Below, one piece after another: positions 27,815 to 36,799 of a DNA stretch of 52,855 nucleotides (positions are counted from its first letter, which is position 1; each line of letters opens with the position of its first letter). Both the position numbers and the translations under genes were made by a program. This stretch comes from a virus (lineage: Duplodnaviria > Caudoviricetes). Below the pieces are notes generated by a model. It ran no database searches. It saw only the letters and a program-made list of their open reading frames with translations, and was not told the DNA's origin. The stretch is from positions 1 through 52,855 of the IMG/VR virus record IMGVR_UViG_3300036820_000025; one strand, 5' to 3'.

Positions 27815-28035
27815 CAGCTCGGCCGTTCATTGTGGGCGTCAACTGCGACGACTTCCAAAAGGTCGTATGCGTCCTGCGTACCATACACGGTCTGTAACTC
27901 TACGAGCGACGCAACGCCCGCCGATACCAGCCGCCCAACGACTCTAGGAACGTTGGCGTATTCGACGGCTTTTCGCCGTTTTCCCCCTCCGTGGATGTAC
28001 CCGAAGTCGGGGGCGCGTCGGGCACGGAAAAACCT
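27814..28035 (-). CDS. -1 frameshift extension of the tail chaperone (T-like)
   Basis: Slippery A GGT TTT T at 28035-28028; the -1 frame is open to TGA at 27816-27814 (..YANVPRVVG...LVELQTVYGTQDAYDLLEV..) and has no obvious SD-associated start of its own. Confidence 0.7.
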   Translation of the reverse strand, partial: RFFRARRAPDFGYIHGGGKRRKAVEYANVPRVVGRLVSAGVASLVELQTVYGTQDAYDLLEVVAVDAHNERPS

Positions 28036-28418
28036 AGATGCAGCTCGAACACAGCGAGGCGTAGCGACAGGCGCGTGGTTACCTCCTCAATCTGTGAGTT
28101 GTTGCCCGTCATCAGCTCCTGCGGCGCTATACGCGCGTCTGCGGGCTGATACTGCACGCAGGTAAACATCTCCTCAAGGAGCGGCTGTGCGGTCTCCCAC
28201 GAGAGGCCGCCGAGCGCAGACACGCCGATAGCCGCAATGCTCGCCATGCCGGCGTGCAGCGCATCCTCGGAGATGACCGCACCGGATTGGATGAGGGCGA
28301 GCAGGGCGCGAATCGCCCAGCGCTCGGCTTGGTCCGCCGGGAGTTCCGTGATAAGGAACGACTTACCCTTATCTCGACCCTCGGCGGTAATCGTTACCCG
28401 CTTTGTCTTTCGTCCCAT
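27900..28418 (-). CDS. Tail assembly chaperone (G-like)
   Basis: GRDKGK.F.ITE..A.QAE.WA.RA...IEEV.T...LR...F.LH..F; lies between tube and tape measure. Confidence 0.82.
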   Translation of the reverse strand: MGRKTKRVTITAEGRDKGKSFLITELPADQAERWAIRALLALIQSGAVISEDALHAGMASIAAIGVSALGGLSWETAQPLLEEMFTCVQYQPADARIAPQELMTGNNSQIEEVTTRLSLRLAVFELHLGFSVPDAPPTSGTSTEGENGEKPSNTPTFLESLGGWYRRALRRS

Positions 28419-28433
28419 ACATGCGTGCGCTTG

Positions 28434-28865
28434 TTAGATCGGTGTGGTTGTGATGTCCTGAAACCCGATTGAGTACGACTGAGGGTCGAGTACCTTTTTG
28501 GCGTCGGGCAGCGCCTTGAAATTCTTCAGCCATCCCGTTGTGAGATGGTATGCCTTGCCGATGCTCGGGAGCACCACAGTAAGCGAGCAGGCGAATTTTT
28601 CCTTGGCCTGATTCTCAGCCTGCCCCCAAATATCGAACGCGGCCACGCTCGATGAGTCGGGCTGAAACGTGATGTGGAACGGCTTCTCGTTGGGCGTGAA
28701 GCCTGCCGACAGAACGCCATCGACGCCCATGCGGGTCTCTGCCGTGTCGTATGCGTCCTGCGTAAACGCATCGTCGGCAGCGAAGCCCTGCAACTGCACG
28801 GAAGTCGGGAACACGCCCGGTACGCTGAGGAATACCTGCGAGTTCGCTGATGTGATCGTGGGCAT
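28434..28865 (-). CDS. Tail tube protein
   Basis: TITSAN...LQGFAADD...MGVDG.LSAG; follows the sheath. Confidence 0.8.
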   Translation of the reverse strand: MPTITSANSQVFLSVPGVFPTSVQLQGFAADDAFTQDAYDTAETRMGVDGVLSAGFTPNEKPFHITFQPDSSSVAAFDIWGQAENQAKEKFACSLTVVLPSIGKAYHLTTGWLKNFKALPDAKKVLDPQSYSIGFQDITTTPI

Positions 28866-28883
28866 GTGCTATCGCCTCGGGAG

Positions 28884-30644
28884 TTACTGAACGTCGATGC
28901 TGGCGAGCTGGACCTGTTGAATCGAGCCGCCGTCGGTGTACCAAAAGGTCATGGGCGGCGACGTGCGATTGCCGCGCGTCTGCGCATTCGCCGGCAGAAT
29001 CTGCAGGTACCAGCCGGTTTGCGCGATGGTCTGCGCCGCAGTGCTGTTGCCCGCGGCCGTGTTGATCTGCTGAATTTGCGACTGCGACAACGCAACGCCC
29101 GGCTGTATCGCGCCGAAATTCAGAAACTGCGTGATAGGGTCGAGCAATGCGGCGCGCAGCCCGGCATAGCCCGAGCTGTTGTACGGCAGGCTCTTGACCG
29201 ATGTCAGATACGACATGATGGCGAGCTGAAACGCCGAGTTCATGAGGATTTGGTCGATGTACGCATCGGCCCATTTCCACGGTCCCGGCATCGAGCCCGG
29301 ATACTCGAACGTGAACTGCTGATTTGCAGTCCCATACGTGCCGTAATAGTTGTAACCGTTCGACTGCAGATTTGCGGCCGTGGTCGCGTCGGTCACGTCC
29401 GCGGCGAGCCCGGCAGTGCTCGTCTTGAACGCGAAGGTAATGCGGCCCTGCGTCTCGTTCACGTCGATGCACGCAGCGCAGCCCATGACGAACGCGGCGC
29501 CCGCGCCGCTCTGCAGGTCATAGCGCACATACGTACCGTTGTAGCCGGCGGCCTTCACCGCGGAGCCGAAGCAATCGGTAAGGTTCGCCGTCTGCCCGGG
29601 GGCCTTGTTCGGGTCCCATCCTACGTACGTGAACCGCTCCTGACCGGCCGGGCTCGCCGCGGAGGTCCACGCGCTGAATGCGAGCTTGTTCGTGTAGACG
29701 CCCGGCTCGTCGGGGTCGTCCACAGTGGCAAAGGTCACCCAATTCTGCGTGGACGCCACAACGCCGTTCATGGCGCCGGCTGGCGTGGCCGCTGCGGCGC
29801 CAATCGACTGCACCGCACCCGTGGCCGAGGTCAGCAGCACATCGGCCGACAGCGTGCCCGTGGCGAAGCCTACGGAGCTATTCGCCCCCGTGCTGCCGCT
29901 CTCGACGACGAACGCATTGCGGAGCGCATCATATGTGACGGTCGCATCGCTCGACACCGTGACGGCCTCGGCCTCGGACACCGTAGCCGTGGCGTTCTGG
30001 CTCAGCGTCACCGTGCCGACGCCTGATTCCGTGGTGTAGGTGCCAAACGCCGTAATCGTAGTTGCGGCCGGAATGTCCGTGCCGACCACAACGTCGCCGA
30101 TGTGCAGCTCGCCCGAGACGGTCGAGGCAACGGTCATCGTCGGCGTGGCCGTGACGAGGGTCGCCGTACCGCTGAAAATGCCGCCGGTCGTCTGCAGGGC
30201 GGTCTGAATCAGGGCCGCCGCGTTGCTCTGCGAGGTCGCGCCGGCAAGATTGATCGCGGCCGAGGTTACCTCGGCGCCGTCAATGTCGATGATGAGGTCG
30301 CCCGAGTAACCCACGAGCACCGACAGCGCCGGCAGCTCGCCCGAGCGCAGGTACGCGGACGCCGCGGCGTCGTTGTACTGATAGAAATACAGCACGCCCG
30401 GGAGCTGATTTGCCCCGTTAAAGCCGCTGAAATACTGCTCGGCTAGGGTCGCCTGAATCGAATTCGCCCCGTACCAGTCCTCGACAGCGAGCAGATTCGG
30501 GAACCCTTGCGCAACCCCGATTGGGATTGAGGTATCGCCGCTGTTATCCACGAGTACGCCGTTAGGCGACAGGGGATTGCCGCCCGCGCCAAGTACGCTC
30601 GGGATGGCGCTGACAATCTGACTCGCGGGGATGGACTGAATCAT
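28884..30644 (-). CDS. Tail sheath protein (DUF3383)
   Basis: IPASQIV...PSVL.AGG; TQNW..F; GYNYYG; R..R.SPP..FWY.DGGSIQ. Confidence 0.9.
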   Translation of the reverse strand: MIQSIPASQIVSAIPSVLGAGGNPLSPNGVLVDNSGDTSIPIGVAQGFPNLLAVEDWYGANSIQATLAEQYFSGFNGANQLPGVLYFYQYNDAAASAYLRSGELPALSVLVGYSGDLIIDIDGAEVTSAAINLAGATSQSNAAALIQTALQTTGGIFSGTATLVTATPTMTVASTVSGELHIGDVVVGTDIPAATTITAFGTYTTESGVGTVTLSQNATATVSEAEAVTVSSDATVTYDALRNAFVVESGSTGANSSVGFATGTLSADVLLTSATGAVQSIGAAAATPAGAMNGVVASTQNWVTFATVDDPDEPGVYTNKLAFSAWTSAASPAGQERFTYVGWDPNKAPGQTANLTDCFGSAVKAAGYNGTYVRYDLQSGAGAAFVMGCAACIDVNETQGRITFAFKTSTAGLAADVTDATTAANLQSNGYNYYGTYGTANQQFTFEYPGSMPGPWKWADAYIDQILMNSAFQLAIMSYLTSVKSLPYNSSGYAGLRAALLDPITQFLNFGAIQPGVALSQSQIQQINTAAGNSTAAQTIAQTGWYLQILPANAQTRGNRTSPPMTFWYTDGGSIQQVQLASIDVQ

Positions 30645-30705
30645 GGCGTGGGGGCTCCGGCTGCTTGCCCCGCGAGTATATGTCGAATCGCCGGATTATG
30701 CCAAA

Positions 30706-31245
30706 TTAGGTCGGCGGGTATGCCTCATCGACGTTCACAAGCACGACCTCGGCCTCGGCCATGAACTGCTGCGAAATGGTCGTGACGGGGTTGTACTGCA
30801 GGATCGCGCCCACAATCCAACGCTGCTCGTACTGCTCCTCGGAGTCGTCGAGCGGGGCAAGAATCGGCTCCTCAGCGTACAGCGGGGCGCATGTTGGCAG
30901 CAGCGCCTCGACTCCGGCCGAGTCTTTCAGCACCGTGGACAGCATCGTCGCCCAATCGCCGGCCGAGGCGCCGTAGCAATCGAGCTGCATGCGTATCTCG
31001 GTGCCCTGCTCAAGCTGTAGGGTCGTCGGCGCCGGGTTCGTGGTGTCCCACGTGTCGATATTGTAACGCAGGCGCTTGGTGCGCGTGACCGTCATCGACA
31101 CATAGCCCGGCGAGGCCGGCGGCATCGCGGCACGATTCGGCAAACCCTGAATAACGACGCTGCTGTCGAGCCCGGTTACTGCGGCCACAAACGGCTGCAC
31201 GGCCTCGTAGAGCTGCTGCAGAGTAATGCTGACGCTGTAAGTCAT
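30706..31245 (-). CDS. Tail terminator / neck protein
   Basis: G..NR..MP, Q.D.YG...D.A, PLYA, EQYE.RW.....QYNP. Confidence 0.75.
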   Translation of the reverse strand: MTYSVSITLQQLYEAVQPFVAAVTGLDSSVVIQGLPNRAAMPPASPGYVSMTVTRTKRLRYNIDTWDTTNPAPTTLQLEQGTEIRMQLDCYGASAGDWATMLSTVLKDSAGVEALLPTCAPLYAEEPILAPLDDSEEQYEQRWIVGAILQYNPVTTISQQFMAEAEVVLVNVDEAYPPT

Positions 31246-31667
31246 GGGTTCGCCGGGTCGAGCTGCAGCGTCACGATAACACGGCACCACGCAAGGCCAC
31301 CGTTGCCGGCGGTCCAAGGCTCATCGACTTTGGTCACGAGCCACGTGCGCGGCGAGCCGTTCGGGTACTGTGGGAACACGAGCTTGTCGCCGCCTTTCGA
31401 TTCCACGCGGTTGATTGCATCGGGCGCACCGTACATATACACCGCGCGGAACACCCCCTGCGCCTGCAGGAAATTGTACTTGCGCAGGTCCTGCCCGGTC
31501 ACAGCCTGAACCTGCGCATTCAACGTCACGGGCGCCGCGTATGCCGCCGTTTGCTTCCCGCCGGTCGCCGTCGTCGCGCCCATGCTCACGTACCACTGCA
31601 CGGGAATATCGGGGTTCACGGTGTTGATGGCGCCGCGCACGAGCCCGTGTAGATTGCCGATGCCCAT
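31242..31667 (-). CDS. Head closure / head-tail adaptor
   Basis: NLH..VRGAI..VNP, AQVQ, KGGD...F, WLV..V.E.W; position. Confidence 0.75.
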   Translation of the reverse strand: MGIGNLHGLVRGAINTVNPDIPVQWYVSMGATTATGGKQTAAYAAPVTLNAQVQAVTGQDLRKYNFLQAQGVFRAVYMYGAPDAINRVESKGGDKLVFPQYPNGSPRTWLVTKVDEPWTAGNGGLAWCRVIVTLQLDPANP

Positions 31668-32230
31668 TACTTCACAACCTCATAATCGACATTGCGCTGC
31701 ATGACGTCGCTGTCGATGAGCCCTTTATTGAAGCCCTTAATTTCCACGGTCAGCGGCGCATTGTCAGACGGCCAATCAACGATGGCTTTTACAATTTGGT
31801 CCTTGATGCGCTCGCCCATTGCTCGCAACACGGTCTGTGTGTTGTAGCCCATTGCTTTGGCGATCTTTCCTAGGTCCTCGCCCCACGCGGGCGACTTATC
31901 GCGCACAGTGTTGCTGAAAAAAGGCCGCGCGGGCGAGCGCGCAGTACCGAAGTTATTCCAGAACGCAACCTGTGCAACGGGAAGCGGAGCACCCGAGAGT
32001 GGCAGCCGCATTTGCGGAGATGGCGCGCCCGGAGCTTTGGCGCCGGGCTTCCTCGGCCCCATGATGCTGGCCTTGAATTTCGCGACGCCTTTCAAAAATC
32101 GTTCGGTGCCGTTCTCAACCGGGTACATCGCCGATTCAAGGAACCCTACGCGCACAGTGCCCGAGGTCATTTTGCGGGCCATGTCGCCGAGCTTGAGTTC
32201 GAGCCGGCGCCCGCCGGACCCCGAGGCCAT
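31667..32230 (-). CDS. Neck protein (HK97 gp10-like)
   Basis: VRVGFLE...YP, VA.VA..N.FG...P.RPFF, NAP.T...KGFNK.LID. Confidence 0.75.
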   Translation of the reverse strand: MASGSGGRRLELKLGDMARKMTSGTVRVGFLESAMYPVENGTERFLKGVAKFKASIMGPRKPGAKAPGAPSPQMRLPLSGAPLPVAQVAFWNNFGTARSPARPFFSNTVRDKSPAWGEDLGKIAKAMGYNTQTVLRAMGERIKDQIVKAIVDWPSDNAPLTVEIKGFNKGLIDSDVMQRNVDYEVVK

Positions 32231-32733
32231 CAGCCTACGCCATCGTCAAAAAACGAGAAGCCCGGGCCATTCGGCCCATATGACGGTGCAGCAGTGTAGA
32301 ACGCCATGCGATAGGCCATCGTCTGCTGCCAGAACTTCGCGCCGTACTTGGTCTGTATGTAGTAAGCCTCGCTCTGCGACACCTCCGAGCTGTACTCGGC
32401 GCTCACAGATACCGAGCCCTCGGCAGCGTTCGCCACGCGGCCCACGATGCCCTGCGGCGGCGTCACGTTGCCGGCGCCGTCGTTCGTGCCGAAGTCGATA
32501 GCGCACACGTGAGCCGTGAGCGTATAGAGCAGGATCAACCGCTTGTTGGCGTCCTGCACGGCCGAGCCGCACGTGTTGTCGAGCAGGAGCTGCGCGTCGT
32601 TGAACGCTGTCAGCATATTCGCGTTGGTCAGCCCCGCAAACTCGGGCCACAACGCCACGAACTCAGGCGCAGAGAACTGAACGATTCCCCGCGTGACCGG
32701 AGGGCATGGCGAAGGGCACGAGACTACGGGCAC
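32230..32733 (-). CDS. DUF4054 head-tail connector
   Basis: PEF, L..LTAH, VGRV..A.EGSVSVS, QT.YGA.FW. Confidence 0.85.
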   Translation of the reverse strand: MPVVSCPSPCPPVTRGIVQFSAPEFVALWPEFAGLTNANMLTAFNDAQLLLDNTCGSAVQDANKRLILLYTLTAHVCAIDFGTNDGAGNVTPPQGIVGRVANAAEGSVSVSAEYSSEVSQSEAYYIQTKYGAKFWQQTMAYRMAFYTAAPSYGPNGPGFSFFDDGVG

Positions 32734-32737
32734 GGCT

Positions 32738-33199
32738 TTACTCGTCGATGCGCTTCGAGATTTCGTTCGCTTCAATCTTCATCGTGACGCCCGGGTCGAG
32801 CGGCGCGAAGACTTCCGGCGATTTGGCCTTTGCGTCGAGCACAACGGCTTTCGTCGTGGATGTGTCAGTCTTCGGCACGAGGAAAATTTGCCCCGTCTTG
32901 AGAGCCCACGAGCGCGGGTTCTCTTTTACCCAACGGTCCCAAAAATCCTTGGGCACGCCTTGGTTGATGAACGGCTCGCGCCCAATCTGCGCGGGTGCCG
33001 TGGCGAATGGCTTGCCCTGCGCGTCACGCAGCAGCGAGCGCTGATTCAGCCCCTTGAGCACAAAAACTTGGTAGTCCTCGTGCTTGCGATACAGCGCGAA
33101 CGGCGCGCCGCCCTTGCCGGGGTCGTTGACACTGAATCCGACTTCGAGCCGATAGCCGTTCGGCAACCGGCATCCGATAGATACTGTTTCGGTGCTCAT
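32738..33199 (-). CDS. Virion-associated hypothetical protein
   Basis: V.IGCRLPNG..L, V..DFW..W, G.IF; follows capsid genes; GAGGA SD. Confidence 0.7.
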   Translation of the reverse strand: MSTETVSIGCRLPNGYRLEVGFSVNDPGKGGAPFALYRKHEDYQVFVLKGLNQRSLLRDAQGKPFATAPAQIGREPFINQGVPKDFWDRWVKENPRSWALKTGQIFLVPKTDTSTTKAVVLDAKAKSPEVFAPLDPGVTMKIEANEISKRIDE

Positions 33200-33206
33200 T
33201 TTGTCC

Positions 33207-33782
33207 TCATGTAAAGCGTGCGTTCGATGAAACAATCGCGAGCCCGCGGCCGGCGTTCTGGCACACCTTGAACCGTGTCGCCACAGTTCCCGAGGCTGCA
33301 CCCGAGACGGCCGAGCCATCGGCCTGCGAAGCGTAAACAGTATCCCCGTAATTGGCCCCGCCGGCAAATCGCAGGTAGAACGCCCCCGTGGGCATCAGTG
33401 TGACCACGAGCCCGGCACGCAGGCGCCACGCCATGTTGCCTCGATCCCACGTCATCCACGTCCAACGCGCTTGAGGGCCGCCAAGGCGCGCAGGGCCGCC
33501 TACAACGCCGCCATTGGCGTAGTTGATGCTCTCCAACGGGATGACCACGCCGAGGGCGTCCTGCGCGGTCTGCTGAGCGTTTGAGACGAGCCCCGTTGCA
33601 GGGTCGCCCCATCCGAACCGGCCCTGCAAGAGCCCGCCCGGAGCGGCGCGCCACGCGCCCGTGCCGCCGAGCGCGGACGCGAAGGGCGCGAGGGTTTCGA
33701 GGTTCTGACCGAGAACGGCAGAAGCAAACGCCCCCTCATAGGGGGCGTTCGTTGGGCCGCCAGTGCCCCAACCGGGGCGCAT
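33207..33782 (-). CDS. Capsid cement/decoration-like protein (paralog)
   Basis: GL..GRFGW...LG.V...VTL...G.F...F..GA..GD.VYA...DG, matching the N-terminus of 34855..36027. Confidence 0.65.
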   Translation of the reverse strand: MRPGWGTGGPTNAPYEGAFASAVLGQNLETLAPFASALGGTGAWRAAPGGLLQGRFGWGDPATGLVSNAQQTAQDALGVVIPLESINYANGGVVGGPARLGGPQARWTWMTWDRGNMAWRLRAGLVVTLMPTGAFYLRFAGGANYGDTVYASQADGSAVSGAASGTVATRFKVCQNAGRGLAIVSSNARFT

Positions 33783-33786
33783 CGCT

Positions 33787-34815
33787 TTACCCGAGCATCG
33801 AAGCGACGAGAATCGGGCGGTAGAAAATCACGCCCCAAGTTCCCGCCGACTTCTTCTGCTCCCACGAGGAGGTTTTGACGACCATCGCGTGAGCGCGCAT
33901 CTTCTCGGTGAATGCCGCCTCGACCGTCTTCCCGCCCTCGGGAATCTCGGCGATGAGCTGCACGAACTCCGTACCGCCGGCAACCGCACCGCCGCCAGCG
34001 ATGGCGAACTCGGGCACCGTCACGATGGACAGATTGGGAAAATTCTTCGCAATCTGATCGTTGACGTTGTAGTTGTACTGGTTCGTCTTGCTGAAATTTG
34101 AATTGTTGCCGGGGCTCAGGCCAAGACGAAATTTCGTGTTGGTGTCCACGAGGCCGTTGCCCTGCGCGATGGCCTGCTGCACGAGGCGCAGCACGTCGCC
34201 GAAAATGACGGTCGGGTCCGACTCGGTGAACCAAGACTCGGTGGGCGCAATCGGCGCCGGCAGGTACGGGTCGTTGGTGCCGCCGTAGTTCTGCAGCCCC
34301 GCGATGCCGTACAGGTACGCGAAATTCTGGTACTTCTCGATGGACAGCGCAGACGACCGCTGTTTCCAGTTCGCGAGGTCAACCTTTGCCTCGGCAGCGC
34401 GCGCGATTTCGCGCTCGCCCCAACGGGTGTTGGTCTGGTAGTGGTAGCTCTGACGCTGCGGAAAGTCGAGGTTCGCGTCGGACATTCCGTCCTGATTGAA
34501 GTCACCGTAAGACACGACCTCGCCCGTACGCTCCGCCTGAATGAACATGGCGGTATCGGAGACCCATGTGCCTTTCTTGACCTCGCCGTACAGCTCGGCA
34601 GCCTTGGTCGGCCGTACCAGAATTTCAATCTGATTCGGGTCAACGTAGGTCGTGAACAGCGACGGGATACCCGCGTTCGCCTGCGTCACGAGCGTCGGCT
34701 GCGCATCAAACGCAAGCCGCTCGGGGCTGTCGTAGTACATGGTGCCCTGACGGCCCATGAACACGATGCCGTAGCGTCGCTCAAGGTCCGCATGGTCAAC
34801 TGCAATCCGCGTCAT
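33787..34815 (-). CDS. Major capsid protein (DUF2184-like)
   Basis: DAQP.LVT..NAGIP...TTY.DP, E.KKG.W, YGD, QRQSY..QT...WGERE, GLQNYG..NDP. Confidence 0.9.
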   Translation of the reverse strand: MTRIAVDHADLERRYGIVFMGRQGTMYYDSPERLAFDAQPTLVTQANAGIPSLFTTYVDPNQIEILVRPTKAAELYGEVKKGTWVSDTAMFIQAERTGEVVSYGDFNQDGMSDANLDFPQRQSYHYQTNTRWGEREIARAAEAKVDLANWKQRSSALSIEKYQNFAYLYGIAGLQNYGGTNDPYLPAPIAPTESWFTESDPTVIFGDVLRLVQQAIAQGNGLVDTNTKFRLGLSPGNNSNFSKTNQYNYNVNDQIAKNFPNLSIVTVPEFAIAGGGAVAGGTEFVQLIAEIPEGGKTVEAAFTEKMRAHAMVVKTSSWEQKKSAGTWGVIFYRPILVASMLG

Positions 34816-34854
34816 GTTCGTATCCTGTTATCGGTCGGTCGTTGGTCGAAACTG

Positions 34855-36027
34855 TTACCGGGTGCTGATCTTCCAAACGCCCTGATCCGTGGGCGCCTGA
34901 TTCGCGGTATAGGTGCCGCGCACCCGGAACCCGGTGTCTTGCGCAGTGCCTGCCACGGTGACAGTCGTCGGCGCCGACGCGGTGCCGATGGCCTGCGGGC
35001 CGTCACTGATGGTGTACAGTCCGGTGCCGCCGGGCGCATCCGCCGTGGTGACTGCCACGCCGGCCTGCGTCACCGTCGAAGCAGCCGACAGCGTGTAGAC
35101 GCCGACGCCGCCCGGAGTGCCGCTTACCTGCGCGCTGATGGTCGTGCCGGCGGGAACGCCATCGGCGACCACAACTGCGCCCACGCGCAGCAGGTCCGTG
35201 CCGGGCTGGACCGAAGTCACGGTCAACGCCGTGGAAGTCGCCAGCGAGCAGACGCCCGCAAACGGGGCCGCCTGCCCCTCGACGGTCGTACCGCTCGCAA
35301 CGCCCGTGCCGGTAAGGACATCGCCGAAGTTCAGCGAACCGTCAGCGACCGCAGTCACGAGCAGGTAGCTCGACTTGACGACGATGGCCTCGTCGCTTTC
35401 GTCCGCGGACGCATTCGCCGACATCGTGTACGTGCCAGCGCCGCCCGGAGTGCCGGTCAACTGATTCAGAATCGTTGTGTTGGACGGAATGCCGGTGCCC
35501 GTGATTGAGTCGCCCGGCGAAATGATGCCGTGGGTGACAGTGGTCACGGTCAGGACCGCGCTTCCGCTCGTCAGACTGGCTGAGGACGAGGTATTGCCCG
35601 CGGTCGCCGTCACAGTGCCCAGCGTGGGGGCGCTGTCAGTTGAGGCTGCAACCGGCGTGCCGTCGTTCGGATCGGCGAACACGTAGTCGCCGGGGGCGGC
35701 GCCCGCCGGGAAGTTCGCCCAAAAATCGCCCTCGTTGAACAGGGTAATCATGAACCCCTCGGGAACAACCATCGAGGCTTCGCCGAGAAATTCTGTGATA
35801 AGCGCCTGCTCATTGCGGCCAAGGAAACCGAGCTGATAGCCGGCCACGTAGGACTGTGAGACCTGCCCCTCGGGGCCGACCCACGCGAAGTTGCCGACAA
35901 TCAGGCCGCCAGCCGGAGCAACGAGCGCGCCGGGACCGGCGAGGACGTTCGCAAACGGGTTCGTCGAGGCGAAGTCGCCAGCGACGCCGGGCGCCTGATA
36001 ATCCTTGATGACTGTCTGAAACGGCAT
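34855..36027 (-). CDS. Capsid cement/decoration protein with three beta modules
   Basis: FQ.....APGVAGDFAS.NP, G.FAW, GF..R..QALIT..L, GDFW; repeated G.GV..GT.I..Q..GT.GG.G.Y modules. Confidence 0.8.
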   Translation of the reverse strand: MPFQTVIKDYQAPGVAGDFASTNPFANVLAGPGALVAPAGGLIVGNFAWVGPEGQVSQSYVAGYQLGFLGRNEQALITEFLGEASMVVPEGFMITLFNEGDFWANFPAGAAPGDYVFADPNDGTPVAASTDSAPTLGTVTATAGNTSSSASLTSGSAVLTVTTVTHGIISPGDSITGTGIPSNTTILNQLTGTPGGAGTYTMSANASADESDEAIVVKSSYLLVTAVADGSLNFGDVLTGTGVASGTTVEGQAAPFAGVCSLATSTALTVTSVQPGTDLLRVGAVVVADGVPAGTTISAQVSGTPGGVGVYTLSAASTVTQAGVAVTTADAPGGTGLYTISDGPQAIGTASAPTTVTVAGTAQDTGFRVRGTYTANQAPTDQGVWKISTR

Positions 36028-36051
36028 GTTCGTTGTGTCCTGCGCTGAAAA

Positions 36052-36738
36052 TTAAGAGAGCCGGCCGTAGTGCGGAATCAGTTTCGTGACTTCCGCGCGC
36101 ATGCCGCTGTCCATCGTGACGCCCGTCGGCGTTGCAGCCGCGGCGCGATCCTTGGCGAGCTGCAGCACCGTGCGGAGCGCGCTGTCGTGCATGTCCTTGT
36201 GGTCGATGCCGAGCTTGTCGAGCGCGGCGCGGTACGCGGCGGGCGCGCTGTCGAAGGTCACGACACCAAGTACCGGCTCGACTTCGCGGCACGCAGCGTG
36301 CGCAGCGTCGCGCACAGCGACAGCGGCAGCGATGCGGCGGTCAACCTCGGCTGAGTCGAGGGCACCCTTTTCGCTCTTGCCACCGTGGGCGGCCGTGCTC
36401 GGGTCCGCTTGGGACAGGTCGGCGTCGGTGCCCTCGGGGTCCGTCTCCGCGTCCTTGGCGGCCTTGCGGTCGGCGGCGCGCTTGTCGCGAGCAGACTTGC
36501 GCGCATCGCGCGCGGCCTTGCGATCCTTGGCGGCGGCGTCCTCGGCCTTTTCCTTGTCGGCCTTTTCCTCGGCCTCGTCCATACCTGCTTCGCGCGCATC
36601 CATTGCGGCTTCGCGCTCCTCCGGGTCGGCGTCCTTGGCTTTCTTGTCGGCGGCAATGACCGCGCGGCGCAGGTCCTCGGGCGTCTTGTCCGCGGCCAGC
36701 AAGGGCGCGGCAACCTTGAGCAAGTCAGCGAGTTTCAT
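36052..36738 (-). CDS. Scaffold protein
   Basis: Charged helical AD/KD-rich region; A.REV.P..G....DSA...YR.AL; between protease and cement. Confidence 0.75.
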   Translation of the reverse strand: MKLADLLKVAAPLLAADKTPEDLRRAVIAADKKAKDADPEEREAAMDAREAGMDEAEEKADKEKAEDAAAKDRKAARDARKSARDKRAADRKAAKDAETDPEGTDADLSQADPSTAAHGGKSEKGALDSAEVDRRIAAAVAVRDAAHAACREVEPVLGVVTFDSAPAAYRAALDKLGIDHKDMHDSALRTVLQLAKDRAAAATPTGVTMDSGMRAEVTKLIPHYGRLS

Positions 36739-36799
36739 TGTGGGGAATCTCGATTATGGAAAATAAGACTGTGGGCCGGATTATGTCGCGTGTTGCGAT

